Source of the DNA: Candidatus Latescibacterota bacterium
GTDB lineage: Bacteria; Latescibacterota; UBA2968; UBA8231
Assembly (NCBI GenBank): GCA_965204725.1
Contig: OZ242005.1
Location: 3,424,001-3,488,000 of the forward strand
Direction of reading: 5' to 3'
DNA: 64,000 nucleotides
Both the position numbers and the translations under genes were made by a program. Each line of letters opens with the position of its first letter. Positions within the stretch are counted from its first letter, which is position 1. The notes beneath the pieces were generated by a model. It saw only the letters and a list, made by a program, of their open reading frames with translations. It made no database searches and was not told the origin of the DNA. This document shows, in pieces, positions 10,458-20,510 of this stretch.

Positions 10458-11315
10458 ATGCGCTATATTTTTTTCCTTCTCTCTATAGCAGGCTGTATAA
10501 GTCTGGCAGCCTGTAGTGATGAGGACGAGAAGGCACGGCTCTTAGAGGGAATAAAAAAAAGATCGGCATTGAATAACTCTCTAAAGGAAGAGATAATCCA
10601 ATCCGAGAGCGACATAGCCGCTTTGGAGGCTATGAACGACAGTCTGAGTAAATCTGGGGAACTTCTCTTGGTGAAGAACAATCAGCTCCGCAAGGAAGTG
10701 GAGAACGCCGAGCAAGAGGCCAACAAATACCGCCGACACAATGAGCACTTGCAAGAGAAGGTTAGCCAACTACAGAAGGAGACTGACCAACTACAGAAGG
10801 ATAAGCGTACCAACGAACGGGAAATCCGCAGACTAGCTGTTAAGATAGACAGTATTTCCGTAGATCGGGACCTCCTAATAGGCGTCAATCAAGACTTAAA
10901 AAATAAACTAAACGAGATTAGGGAGACTCACAACGCACTCCACAGGATTCGGAAATCGGTACGTCTCCTAGTAGGTACTGAGAGTCTTCTCAAAAGCAAT
11001 CGCTTTCTCAAGACGAGCCGCAATGCGATGCTGCGCAAACAGTACAAACTGGTTAAAAAGCTCGAAGGCGACGACTCCCGGGTCAAAATTGTGCCCCTCA
11101 ATCAGCAATTGGACTTGACCCTAAATTCAGCTCCAGAAGCCCTAGTTGGTAGTTCTGGCAAGCTTAAACTAAAAGCACTGGTTGACCGTTCTGGCAAGCT
11201 CAAGGAAGATCGCGATTACATAGTCGATAAAAGTAGAGGTACTACAATCATTACCTTTATAAATCCCGTTTTAGAAGGGACGGATGTATTGGCCGTGGTC
11301 GAGGTCGAAGATTGA
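10458..11315 (+). CDS. Coiled-coil lipoprotein
   Basis: AAGGAG RBS; lipobox LAAC; long heptad region. Confidence 0.75.
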   Translation: MRYIFFLLSIAGCISLAACSDEDEKARLLEGIKKRSALNNSLKEEIIQSESDIAALEAMNDSLSKSGELLLVKNNQLRKEVENAEQEANKYRRHNEHLQEKVSQLQKETDQLQKDKRTNEREIRRLAVKIDSISVDRDLLIGVNQDLKNKLNEIRETHNALHRIRKSVRLLVGTESLLKSNRFLKTSRNAMLRKQYKLVKKLEGDDSRVKIVPLNQQLDLTLNSAPEALVGSSGKLKLKALVDRSGKLKEDRDYIVDKSRGTTIITFINPVLEGTDVLAVVEVED

Positions 11316-11346
11316 GGGAATTATACCCAGCGAGGACTTGGACCCT

Positions 11347-11691
11347 ATGAATGCCATTGAAACCCAGATCAACAACGCTACCATTGAGGCCATAGCGCGA
11401 CTGATCGTCGAACGCTTTGAGCCGGAACAAGTCATTCTCTTCGGCAGTCACGCCTGCGGAGAGGGGGGATCGCATAGCGATGTGGACCTGCTGGTCGTGC
11501 TTCGCACCGGCACAGAAAAACTACCGCCCGGCAATCCAATCCGTCGAGCGATTGCCGAGCGTTTCGTCCTGCCCGTTGATGTCCTTATCCGCTCGCCGGA
11601 AGTTCTCGCCGAACAGCGCAATGACCCATATTCCTTGATGCACCAAGTGCTAAAAGAGGGAAAGGTATTGTATGAGCGGCACGTTGCCTGA
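11347..11691 (+). CDS. Minimal nucleotidyltransferase (MNT antitoxin family)
   Basis: VILFGSHACG...SDVDLLVV and C-terminal LKEGKVLYE. Confidence 0.85.
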   Translation: MNAIETQINNATIEAIARLIVERFEPEQVILFGSHACGEGGSHSDVDLLVVLRTGTEKLPPGNPIRRAIAERFVLPVDVLIRSPEVLAEQRNDPYSLMHQVLKEGKVLYERHVA

Positions 11692-11773
11692 ACGGGACTG
11701 GTTCGATAAGGCAAATCAAGATTTGGAGATGGCGCGTCGGGCGTTGGGTCCGAAAACACCTTCTCATCTATGA
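11672..11773 (+). pseudogene. Truncated HEPN-domain gene
   Basis: Overlaps the MNT stop; MSGTLPERDWFDKANQDLEMARRALG matches the HEPN first helix (W..KA..DL..A); stops after 33 aa. Confidence 0.7.
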
Positions 11774-11799
11774 CCTAATGAAAATGAAGAGAGGCTGTT

Positions 11800-12714
11800 T
11801 TGCGTAGAATCATACAGATCGTCTCGGCAGGCATCCACAAGGTGGGCGTCTTCCTTGTAGAAAAAGTCAGCACGATCCAGTATATTGTATTTTTCGCTGC
11901 GGTAGTCATAGTTTTCGGGATTCTTTATACCTATCTGACCCCAATAGGGCACGGTATTGGGCAAAATCTCAAGCCGCTTTCTGACATTGCATTTCTCACA
12001 GGCATATACTTCAGTATTGTCACGATCTCCTCGTTAGGGTACGGTGACATGCACCCGATGGGGTTCTCAAAAGCTCTCGCCTGTATAGAAGTCCTCCTAG
12101 GACTCGTAGTGATAGGCATTATGATAGCTAAAGTTACTTCGCGACGTCCGTCATACCATGTTGAACGTCTTTTCAGTTCCGATGCTCAAAAACGACTTGA
12201 ACATTTTGCTACAGAATTCGTGGCGTTTCACGGAAATTTTGAAACAATTATTTCGGACTTTGGGGACGCCTATCAGAGAATTCCTGGCAAACCACCCCCT
12301 GCCGACAAGAGCACATTGATCGCACGTTTCCAAGAAATTATCACTGCATTCCAATCACAATGTACTGAGTTGCATTCCTACTTCTTAGATGAGACTGATC
12401 AGGGGAACTACTTCGAGATCGTCCCAGCTATTGCAATGGTGCAAGTAGGTAATGCCGTTGACGGTGCTTTCTTTAGACTTAGTCAACTTCTTATAAATCT
12501 GTCACCGCAAGCGAAAATTGAAGTTCTTGATAGGCGTAGCAGACAGGGGATTGCAAGGGCAATCGACGCCCAGATAAAGGCATGTGATTTAGTTGATCAA
12601 TATGCGACTGATCAGGGTACACGCGATGTATTCCGGCGCATTCAAGATATTTGTAGTAGGTTGCCAGAAAGTTATTTCGCAGAAGTATCGCAACCCGACC
12701 AACTCCCACAATGA
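11800..12714 (+). CDS. Two-TM potassium-channel-domain protein with helical C-terminal region
   Basis: YFSIVTISSLGYGDMHP pore and filter motif flanked by TM helices; start uncertain. Confidence 0.8.
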   Translation: MRRIIQIVSAGIHKVGVFLVEKVSTIQYIVFFAAVVIVFGILYTYLTPIGHGIGQNLKPLSDIAFLTGIYFSIVTISSLGYGDMHPMGFSKALACIEVLLGLVVIGIMIAKVTSRRPSYHVERLFSSDAQKRLEHFATEFVAFHGNFETIISDFGDAYQRIPGKPPPADKSTLIARFQEIITAFQSQCTELHSYFLDETDQGNYFEIVPAIAMVQVGNAVDGAFFRLSQLLINLSPQAKIEVLDRRSRQGIARAIDAQIKACDLVDQYATDQGTRDVFRRIQDICSRLPESYFAEVSQPDQLPQ

Positions 12715-12750
12715 TCCTGACGAGTCGCAATAACTTTAAGGAGGTGTAAG

Positions 12751-13140
12751 ATGAACGAACAGCTTCTTCATGGACACGAATTGTCGCTAGAGCTGGAATG
12801 GATGAGATGCTGGGGCGATGTCTGGTGCAATCTCAACCTTGTAAACCTAAACCATGAGTATTTCCACAAGGACGTCTCTGGCGTCTATATAATTTGGCAC
12901 GGAGGACCAGACCCCAAGGTGGTGTACGTCGGTCAGGGAAATATCAGGGATCGCATAGCCGAACACCGGAACGATCCAGAGATACAGCGATATGATTCTC
13001 TAGAGCTTTATGTCACTTGGGCACCAGTACCCAAGGAATACCAAGACGGTGCAGAAGCGTCCTTGGCTAAGCGATGGTCTCCAATAGTCGGCGAACGCTA
13101 TCCAGACGCCCTGCCCATAAAGGTAAACTCTCCGTGGTAG
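12751..13140 (+). CDS. Stand-alone GIY-YIG nuclease-domain protein
   Basis: AAGGAGG RBS; SGVYII...VYVGQG.IRDRIAEH. Confidence 0.75.
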   Translation: MNEQLLHGHELSLELEWMRCWGDVWCNLNLVNLNHEYFHKDVSGVYIIWHGGPDPKVVYVGQGNIRDRIAEHRNDPEIQRYDSLELYVTWAPVPKEYQDGAEASLAKRWSPIVGERYPDALPIKVNSPW

Positions 13141-13190
13141 CCATTGCGACCATCCCACCCCAAACAGCACCTCCTAACGAAAGCCTAGCT

Positions 13191-13964
13191 ATGCCTGCAT
13201 CGTCTCACCACCTATTCGCCCTGCTGTGCGCCGTGCTGCTCGTCGGAGGCTGCGGCCACAAGCTCGGCTACCGCCACTTTGCTGGCCCCATCTTGCCAGC
13301 CGCGGATTTAGCGGCAACGGATTTCGTCGTCCGCGACGACCACAGCATCACCTTCGTCAAAAACCGCTTGGAGGTGAGTTTGCTGCCGCTGACCGTGGCC
13401 ATGCTCAATCGGCAGCTAAGCAGCCACTCGCAGCGGCCCGAGGGCTTTCACGACCCCAACCCCTATCTCGCGCCAGTCAATCCCTACACCTACGGCGACT
13501 GGAAACCGGGGTGGGAGGAGGACCAGCCCACCCGCTTTACGGTTTTTCTGATCAAGGTCAAAAACTACGCGTACCCCAAGGTGTGGCTCAATCCCTACGC
13601 CATAGAGATCGCCACCTCCAATGGCCGGCGCTACCAAGCCTTCACCCGGCTGGCGTTAGACGAGTACTTCGCCCCGTATGCCATAGGCTATGCCGGCAAT
13701 ACCTTTCTCCCCTTCCGCGAGCGGCGCGACTTACTCCTCCGCACCTTGTATCCCGAAGACGAGATGATCTTCAGCGGCCAAGAGCGCGAAGGCTTTGTTG
13801 CCTTTGCCCCGCTGGCACACGATGTCGAAGCGTTTGAGGTGCGGGTCGCGGAGATGGTGCTGCGCTTCGACTACCGCGATCAGCCGGTGGAGACCATAGA
13901 CATCGCCTACCCGTTTACGCGCGAAGTGTACTTGGCCAAGCACCGCCGCGCCGAGGAACTCTAA
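13191..13964 (+). CDS. Hypothetical lipoprotein
   Basis: ATG 13191, hydrophobic leader with VGGC lipobox; backbone codon usage. Confidence 0.7.
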   Translation: MPASSHHLFALLCAVLLVGGCGHKLGYRHFAGPILPAADLAATDFVVRDDHSITFVKNRLEVSLLPLTVAMLNRQLSSHSQRPEGFHDPNPYLAPVNPYTYGDWKPGWEEDQPTRFTVFLIKVKNYAYPKVWLNPYAIEIATSNGRRYQAFTRLALDEYFAPYAIGYAGNTFLPFRERRDLLLRTLYPEDEMIFSGQEREGFVAFAPLAHDVEAFEVRVAEMVLRFDYRDQPVETIDIAYPFTREVYLAKHRRAEEL

Positions 13965-13966
13965 CG

Positions 13967-15637
13967 ATGCTCGCTCGGGTCGTTGCGGGAGTCGCCCTCG
14001 CGTCGCTGTGGTGGAGCGGCTGCGAGCCAAAAGTGGATGGCGACGTGGTCGCTAGGGTCGGAGACGAAGCGATCAAACTAGCAGACCTGCGCCAGTTCCG
14101 CGCCGAGTCCACCGCCAACTACCGCGACCCCGAAGAGGGCCTCAAGGCGTGGCGCTTCTACTTGCAGACCATGATCGACATGAAGTTGATGCTCATGGAG
14201 GCGCGGGAGCGGCGGCTGGAGCAGACCGCGGAGTTCGTCCGCCAATGGGAGCGGGAACGGCGCAAGAAACTGGTTGACGAGTACGCCGTGCGGACCATCC
14301 TCGCGGATGTAGATCTCGCGGTAGAAGAGATGCGGCAGGGTTTTGCGACGAGTAAGTGGAATCGGATGTTGCGCTTGGCCCATATCCGCACCGCGAGCGA
14401 GGCCGAAGCCCAAAAGGCCCTGCGCGACTTGGAGCAGGGGCGAGATTTTGCCGAGGTGGCCCGAGCGCGTTCTATCGCGCCGACCGCCGCCCACGGCGGG
14501 GCACTCGACGCTTGGTACGGACGCGGCAACTTGGAGGAGATGGGCCTGCCCCTAGCCGTGGGGGAGCAGGTATTCGACCTACAGGTGGGGGCCTTGAGCC
14601 AGCCCTTACTCGTGGGGGAACACTACGAGATTTTCAAGGTGTTGTCTCAAGGGCCAGCGCCTGCACACTACCGAGCGTCCTTCTTGCGCGAACACTATTG
14701 GAAGGAGTTTCGCGCCCGCTGGAACGCGCTGACCGCCCAACTCAAAGACCGCCTCAACGCCCAGCTCGATGGCGAGGCGATCCGGTTGCTGGTCGATAGG
14801 ATGGCCGAAGCCGATGGCCGCCGAGGGATGCTGCTGGGTCCCGACGAGCAGGATGTGATCCTCTGTCGCTTCGAGGGCGGTCAGGTAACGCTGCTCGATT
14901 TCGCGGAAACCTACAACGCCTATTGGTTTATCCGCTCGGTTTCCTTTGACAGCAGCGGGATTGCCGAGTTCGTCCACCGGGATCTCTTGCCGCGGACCCT
15001 CGTCTATCAAGCGGCGTTGCAGGAAGGCCTAGACCAAGATTCGACCATCGCCGCTTGGTTGCAGGACAAAAAAAAATCACTGCTGCTCGAAGCCCTCCGC
15101 CGCGAGGACGTCGTGCAGCGGGTCGAGGTGGATAGTGCCATGGCCCGCCAGTACTACGACGACCATCCGCAAATGTTCATGGAACTCGAAGAAATTCGGG
15201 TGGCCGAGGTACTGGTGGCGACCCGCGCCGAGGCGGAACAACTCTTGCGGCGGATCCGTGCTGGCGAACCCCTAGCAACGCTGGCCGCTCGCCACACGCT
15301 CCGCACGGATGCCGAGGGGGCATACCACATCCACAACCATCCCTCCGAGCGGCGGGTTTTCGGTGCGCTCTACGACTCGGTGGTCGCCGCACCCGTGGGG
15401 GTGCTGACCGGCCCGGTGGCTCTCGACGAGGGCTACTCGATCTTCGAGGTGCAAGAGCGCATTCCCCCCCGTCCCACGCCCTTTGCACAGGCGGCTTCGC
15501 GGGCGCGGTGGTGGGTGCAGAAGCAGCAAGAAAAGACCCTCTTCGCCTCCTTGTTCGCCCGGCTCAGAGATCAGTACGCCGATAGGGTTGTGGTATTTGA
15601 AGAGCAGTTGAGCGCGCTAGACGCCAGCCCTGACTAG
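13967..15637 (+). CDS. Parvulin-type peptidyl-prolyl isomerase lipoprotein (two PpiC domains)
   Basis: WSGC lipobox; HI...GRDFAEVARARS...GG.L and a second rotamase-like domain. Confidence 0.85.
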   Translation: MLARVVAGVALASLWWSGCEPKVDGDVVARVGDEAIKLADLRQFRAESTANYRDPEEGLKAWRFYLQTMIDMKLMLMEARERRLEQTAEFVRQWERERRKKLVDEYAVRTILADVDLAVEEMRQGFATSKWNRMLRLAHIRTASEAEAQKALRDLEQGRDFAEVARARSIAPTAAHGGALDAWYGRGNLEEMGLPLAVGEQVFDLQVGALSQPLLVGEHYEIFKVLSQGPAPAHYRASFLREHYWKEFRARWNALTAQLKDRLNAQLDGEAIRLLVDRMAEADGRRGMLLGPDEQDVILCRFEGGQVTLLDFAETYNAYWFIRSVSFDSSGIAEFVHRDLLPRTLVYQAALQEGLDQDSTIAAWLQDKKKSLLLEALRREDVVQRVEVDSAMARQYYDDHPQMFMELEEIRVAEVLVATRAEAEQLLRRIRAGEPLATLAARHTLRTDAEGAYHIHNHPSERRVFGALYDSVVAAPVGVLTGPVALDEGYSIFEVQERIPPRPTPFAQAASRARWWVQKQQEKTLFASLFARLRDQYADRVVVFEEQLSALDASPD

Positions 15638-15681
15638 CCCATGACCGCACTCCTCGCTCACTCCTACTCCTACTCCTAAGC

Positions 15682-17325
15682 GTGGTCGCCGCGTTGTCTT
15701 TGTGGGTGCTGCTCGTGGTGGGCGGCGCGGGATGCGGGCCAGCGGACCCGGAGGTCAAACCGGCGTTTGTAGCGGTGGAGGCGGGCCTTGAATTCCACCA
15801 TCAGAATGGGGCGAGCGGGCGCTACTACTACGTGGAAACCTATGGGTCGGGGGCGGCCTTCCTCGACTACGACAGCGACGGGGACCAAGACCTCTATGCG
15901 GTCAACAGCGCACCGCTGCCGGGTTTTGTCGCCGAGGACATCCCTACCAACGCGCTCTACCGCAACCGGGGCGACGGCACTTTCGCCGATGCGACCGCGC
16001 AAACGAGAACGGGCCATCCGGGCTATGGCATGGGCAGTTGCGTCGGGGACATTGACAACGACGGGCACGTGGATTTGTACGTGACCAACTTCGGCCCCAA
16101 CGTCCTCTATCGCAATCAGGGCGACGGCACCTTTGCCGATCAGACTGCCGACGCCGGGGTCGGCGACCCCCGCCTGAGCACCAGCGCGGCGTTTGCCGAC
16201 ATCGACAACGACGGCGACCTAGACCTCTATGTAGCCAACAACGTCTCCATTGACCTAGCGCACGACGAAGGATGTCGCCAAGGGGCGATCTCGGTCTATT
16301 GCGCCCCCACCCAGTACCCAGGAGAATCCGGCGCCCTCTTTCGCAACGACGGCGGCGGGAAGTTCGCCGATATTACCCGGCCGGCTGGTGTGCATAACCG
16401 AGCCGGCCGCCAGTTGGGCGTAGTCTTTGGCGACTACGACGGCGACGGGGACGCAGACCTGTATGTGGCCAACGACATGAAGGCCAATTTCCTCTTCCGC
16501 AACGACGGCGCGGCGCGGTTTGCCGAAGTGGGATTGAGCGCGGGGGTGGCACTCAGCGAGAGCGCTCGTCCCGAGGCCGGCATGGGCACGGATTTTGGCG
16601 ACTGCGACCGGGACGGCGACTTGGATATTGTGGTCTGCAACTTCCAGTGGGAAAGCTGCCGCCTCTATCGCAACGAGGGCGACGGCACCTTTGCCGACCT
16701 GAGTTTTCCGGCGGGGCTGGGCGAACCTACGCTTTCGACCTTGACTTTTGGCACGGATTTTCTCGACTACGACAACGACGGCGACCTAGACCTCTACCTA
16801 GCCAACGGCCACGTCCATCCAGAAGTGCAGGCGTTCGATCAAGCCGCGTCCTATCCGCAGTCGGACCAGCTCTTTGCCAACGACGGGGCCGGGCGGTTTG
16901 CGCTGGTGCAGGCTACGACCCTGCGCGGAGTCGGCCGGGGCGCGGCCTTTGCCGACATCGACAACGACGGCGACCTCGATGCTTTTGTCTCCAACAACAA
17001 CCAACGAGCGTTTTTGTTGCGCAACGACAGCGGCCAGCGCAACCACTGGATCGCCTTTAAGACCGTAGGCCGGGTTAGCAACCGCGACGGGATCGGGGCG
17101 GTGATCCGGGTGGTAAGCGGCGACTTGGTCCAGGTCGCGGAGGTGCGCAGCGGCAGCAGCTATCTTTCGCAAAACGATCTGCGGGTGTACTTCGGCTTGG
17201 GCCAGCGAGAAAAGGTGGATCGCGTCCAGATCCGCTGGCCCAGCGGGATCGTGCAGACGCTCGTACAAGTGCCCATCAACCAGATCCACCAAGTGAAAGA
17301 ACCTCCTTCCGCTGGCGGCGCATGA
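15682..17325 (+). CDS. CRTAC1/ASPIC-UnbV family FG-GAP repeat protein
   Basis: Repeated D[YI]DNDGD.DLY motifs; C-terminal NRDGIGA...GSSYLSQN...FGLG...IRWPSG. Confidence 0.9.
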   Translation: MVAALSLWVLLVVGGAGCGPADPEVKPAFVAVEAGLEFHHQNGASGRYYYVETYGSGAAFLDYDSDGDQDLYAVNSAPLPGFVAEDIPTNALYRNRGDGTFADATAQTRTGHPGYGMGSCVGDIDNDGHVDLYVTNFGPNVLYRNQGDGTFADQTADAGVGDPRLSTSAAFADIDNDGDLDLYVANNVSIDLAHDEGCRQGAISVYCAPTQYPGESGALFRNDGGGKFADITRPAGVHNRAGRQLGVVFGDYDGDGDADLYVANDMKANFLFRNDGAARFAEVGLSAGVALSESARPEAGMGTDFGDCDRDGDLDIVVCNFQWESCRLYRNEGDGTFADLSFPAGLGEPTLSTLTFGTDFLDYDNDGDLDLYLANGHVHPEVQAFDQAASYPQSDQLFANDGAGRFALVQATTLRGVGRGAAFADIDNDGDLDAFVSNNNQRAFLLRNDSGQRNHWIAFKTVGRVSNRDGIGAVIRVVSGDLVQVAEVRSGSSYLSQNDLRVYFGLGQREKVDRVQIRWPSGIVQTLVQVPINQIHQVKEPPSAGGA

Positions 17326-18860
17326 GCAACCTGTGGAAAAAGACCAGAGGGGGCCGCTGGGCTGTCGCCTGTTTGCCAGCCCTGCTCTGCGGATGCGTGC
17401 CCCCCGAAGAGAGCCTAGGCGAGCGCGAGAGCCGCTATCAACGCCAAATCGCCGAAGATCCGACAGACGCCGAGGCCCATTACGCGCTCGGCCAAGTGTA
17501 CCACGAACAGGCGCACTACCCCGAGGCCCTACAGTCCTTTCGTCAGGCTCTGGTGCTGGATTCCACCCACACCGGAGCGCGGGTGGGGCTGGGCAACATT
17601 CTGTTTAGGAGCGGCGAATTAGATCGAGCTGCAAGCGCATACCAACGGGCCGCGCAGGGATGTGCCGATTGTGCGGACGCGCACCGGGGGCTGGGAACGG
17701 TCTATCTGCGGCAGCGGCGCTTTGCAAAGGCCCGTCAAGCCTACCAGCAAGCCCTTTTAAGCGAGCCGGATCACGCCCCCTCGCACTACAATATCGGCGC
17801 GGCCTTCGCCCAAGAAGGCGCGTATCAAGAGGCGGCTGCGGCAATGGAACGGGCTCTTGCCAGCGACTCTAAATACATCCGAGCGTACACCGCGCTGGGC
17901 GATGTGTACTGCCTCAAGCTCGGACAGTGCGAAAAGGCCGCCGCGCTCCTCGCGCAGGCCGCGACCTTGCAACCAACGGCGGTCGCCCCCCGGATCGGCT
18001 TGGGGCGGGCACACCTCCGGCTAGGGCGATACGAGGAGGCCGCGGCCAGCTTTGAGGCGGCCATTGCAGGGGATTCGACGGCCGCGGCTGCATTTAACTG
18101 GCTGGGGGTAGCCCACACCAAGCTGGGGCAATACGAACTGGCGGCCCAAGCCCTGCGCCGCGCCATCCACCTCGATATGCTCTACCCACAAGCCTATTAC
18201 AACCTATCTCAGACCTACCAAAAGCAGGGTAAGACCAAAGAGAGTGAAAAGGCCCTTCGCGCCTTCAACCGCATGGACGCGTACTCGGGGGACATTCTCC
18301 GGTGGAAAACAATACTAGACGGCAATCCGCACGATGCTATGGCGCTCTTTGAATGGGGCCGGATCTATGCGAGATTGGGCGTAGCAAGCCAAGCGGTCGC
18401 GGCTTTTGAGCGCGCGTTGATGATCAACCCCGCTCATGCGCCGGCTTGGCACAATCTGGGCAATGCCTACGCTCGTCTCGACCGCTTGGACGAGGCCATC
18501 GCCGCCTACCGCAGGGCTTTGTCGCTGGACGAAGGGTATGCCCTCGCTTGGAACAACCTCGGCAACGCCCATTTTGCAAAGGGGGAACTGGCTCAAGCCC
18601 GCGAGGCATTCACTGCGGCACTCAATCACCGGGCCGGGTACGCGGACGCGCACCACGGCCTCGGGGGGGTGGCCCTGCGCGAAAGGGCGGCCGAGGAGGC
18701 CGTTGACCACTTTCGCGCGGTTCTAGCGGCCGACTCGAGCTATGCCCGCGCCCATTACGGCTTGGCCTTGGCTTACCGGGCACTGGGCGATTCGCTACGT
18801 GCGGTGCAGGCACTGGCGCGTTTTAAGCGGCTGCGCGCTGGGCCGCAGAATCCACCCTGA
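17322..18860 (+). CDS. Tetratricopeptide repeat lipoprotein
   Basis: LCGC lipobox; many TPRs (AHYALG, AWHNLG, AWNNLG). Confidence 0.9.
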   Translation: MSNLWKKTRGGRWAVACLPALLCGCVPPEESLGERESRYQRQIAEDPTDAEAHYALGQVYHEQAHYPEALQSFRQALVLDSTHTGARVGLGNILFRSGELDRAASAYQRAAQGCADCADAHRGLGTVYLRQRRFAKARQAYQQALLSEPDHAPSHYNIGAAFAQEGAYQEAAAAMERALASDSKYIRAYTALGDVYCLKLGQCEKAAALLAQAATLQPTAVAPRIGLGRAHLRLGRYEEAAASFEAAIAGDSTAAAAFNWLGVAHTKLGQYELAAQALRRAIHLDMLYPQAYYNLSQTYQKQGKTKESEKALRAFNRMDAYSGDILRWKTILDGNPHDAMALFEWGRIYARLGVASQAVAAFERALMINPAHAPAWHNLGNAYARLDRLDEAIAAYRRALSLDEGYALAWNNLGNAHFAKGELAQAREAFTAALNHRAGYADAHHGLGGVALRERAAEEAVDHFRAVLAADSSYARAHYGLALAYRALGDSLRAVQALARFKRLRAGPQNPP

Positions 18861-18861
18861 T

Positions 18862-20337
18862 TCACCGCCTCCAGTCCTTCTCCAGCCGACTCGCCTGTTT
18901 TTTAGACAGCCCACCCAACGCCTTCATGGCGTCCAACAGCCGCATCCGCGTCAATTCCGACCCCAAGAGCGCAGCGGATTCAAACAGCGGAGGCCCCACC
19001 CGCTCGCCAGTCAGCGCGACAATGAGCGGTACGGTCACGTCGCGGACCGGCCACGCCCAATGCGCGACCACCCGTCGCACGGCCTTTTCTACGCTGTCTT
19101 TGTCCCACTCCCCCACCTCGTCCAAGGCCCACACGGCCGTTTGCAACATCCGCGTCACCTCGGCGGCCTCCCGCTTTTTCGGGATCAAATCCTCGGCCTT
19201 TGGCACTACCTGCCGGGCAAAGAAAAACGCCACGCGCGGCACAAAATCCCCCAGCGTCTCTAGCCGCGGCTGCATAAACGGCAGCATCTGCCCGACGTAT
19301 TCGTCGTTGAGCAGCCAGTCCTTTAGCTCCGTCAACAGAGCTTCCGGCGTCCGCTCCTCGCGCAGGTAGCGTCCATTGAGCCAGCCCAGCTTGTCTATGT
19401 CAAAGATGGAGCCGCTCAAGTTGAGCTTGGCCGGGTCAAAATGCTCTGTTAGTTGCGCCAAGGTGAACTTTTCTTCTTCGAGCGGCGGATGGACCATGAG
19501 GGCCAAGTAGTTGATCAGGGCCTGCGGCAGATAGCCGGCGCGGCGATAGTACTCCACTGAGGTCGGGTTGCGCCGCTTCGACATCTTGGAGCCGTCGGGG
19601 TTGAGCAACAACGGCAGGTGTATGTACGTCGGCGGCGTCCAGCCAAAAGCCTCGTAGAGCATGAGGTGCTTGGGCGTGGAGGTGATCCACTCCTCTCCCC
19701 GAATCACGTGGCTGATCTGCATCAAGTGATCGTCCACCACCACGGCTAAGTGGTAGGTCGGAAAGCCATCGGACTTTATCAGCACTTGATCGTCCATGTT
19801 CTCCCACTGTAGGGAAATTGGCTCGCGGAGCAGGTCCTCAACTATACACGCGCCCTCCTTAGGCATCTTCAGCCGAATGACGTGTGCACAGCCCGCCCGC
19901 ATCTGGGCTTCAACCTCGCTGGCGGCTAGCACTCGGCAATGGCCATCGTAGCCGAGCGGCTCTCTGCGCTGCTGCTGCTCCGCTCGCAGGGCGGCCAGCC
20001 GCTCGCTCGTGCAAAAGCAGGGATAGGCGCACCCGCTCGCCACCAACTTTGCGGCGTACTCTGCGTAGATGGACAAGCGCTCGCTCTGCCGATACGGGCC
20101 GTAGGGTCCGCCCACATCCGGGCCTTCGTCCCACGCCAGCCCCAGCCACCGCAGCGACTGCATGAGCAGCTCTTCGTACTTCCGGTGCGACCGCGCTTGG
20201 TCGGTGTCCTCAATGCGCAGCACAAACCGCCCTCCGTTTTTCCGCGCCCACACCCAGTCGAACAGTGCTTGATACGCAGTCCCTACGTGCATGGGGCCGG
20301 TCGGCGAAGGTGCGATGCGCACTCGCACATCTGCCAT
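18862..20337 (-). CDS. gltX: Glutamate--tRNA ligase
   Basis: RIAPSPTGPMHVG (HIGH), LRIEDTD, IRGEEW and KMSKR motifs. Confidence 0.97.
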   Translation of the reverse strand: MADVRVRIAPSPTGPMHVGTAYQALFDWVWARKNGGRFVLRIEDTDQARSHRKYEELLMQSLRWLGLAWDEGPDVGGPYGPYRQSERLSIYAEYAAKLVASGCAYPCFCTSERLAALRAEQQQRREPLGYDGHCRVLAASEVEAQMRAGCAHVIRLKMPKEGACIVEDLLREPISLQWENMDDQVLIKSDGFPTYHLAVVVDDHLMQISHVIRGEEWITSTPKHLMLYEAFGWTPPTYIHLPLLLNPDGSKMSKRRNPTSVEYYRRAGYLPQALINYLALMVHPPLEEEKFTLAQLTEHFDPAKLNLSGSIFDIDKLGWLNGRYLREERTPEALLTELKDWLLNDEYVGQMLPFMQPRLETLGDFVPRVAFFFARQVVPKAEDLIPKKREAAEVTRMLQTAVWALDEVGEWDKDSVEKAVRRVVAHWAWPVRDVTVPLIVALTGERVGPPLFESAALLGSELTRMRLLDAMKALGGLSKKQASRLEKDWRR

Positions 20338-20510
20338 CTGTTACCTCCTCGTCTTTTGGCTTACAAGTTAAGCCCCAGCTGCTCCCGCGCAACGCGGCCT
20401 ATTGCACATTTAGCTTTTTTTCGTAAGTTTATAACTTATAATAATTAACGCGCATTCGCTAGCGTCTCACCGCCCCTATTTCCCGCCCTTTCAACCCACA
20501 GACAGGATTT

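Noticed and set aside
10765-11205. Short internal duplications in the coiled-coil lipoprotein (QLQKETDQLQKD; ALVGSSGKLK/ALVDRSGKLK)
   Set aside because: Two-copy in-frame duplications with no further structure.
9920-13190. Integron cassette array
   Set aside because: No integrase and no attC-like RYYYAAC...GTTRRRY palindromes were recognised between the genes.
15634-15682. Possible frameshift or phase variation at the 5' end of the CRTAC1 gene (out-of-frame ATG 15641; CTCCTA x3)
   Set aside because: The hexamer repeat cannot shift the frame, and GTG 15682 still gives a plausible signal peptide.
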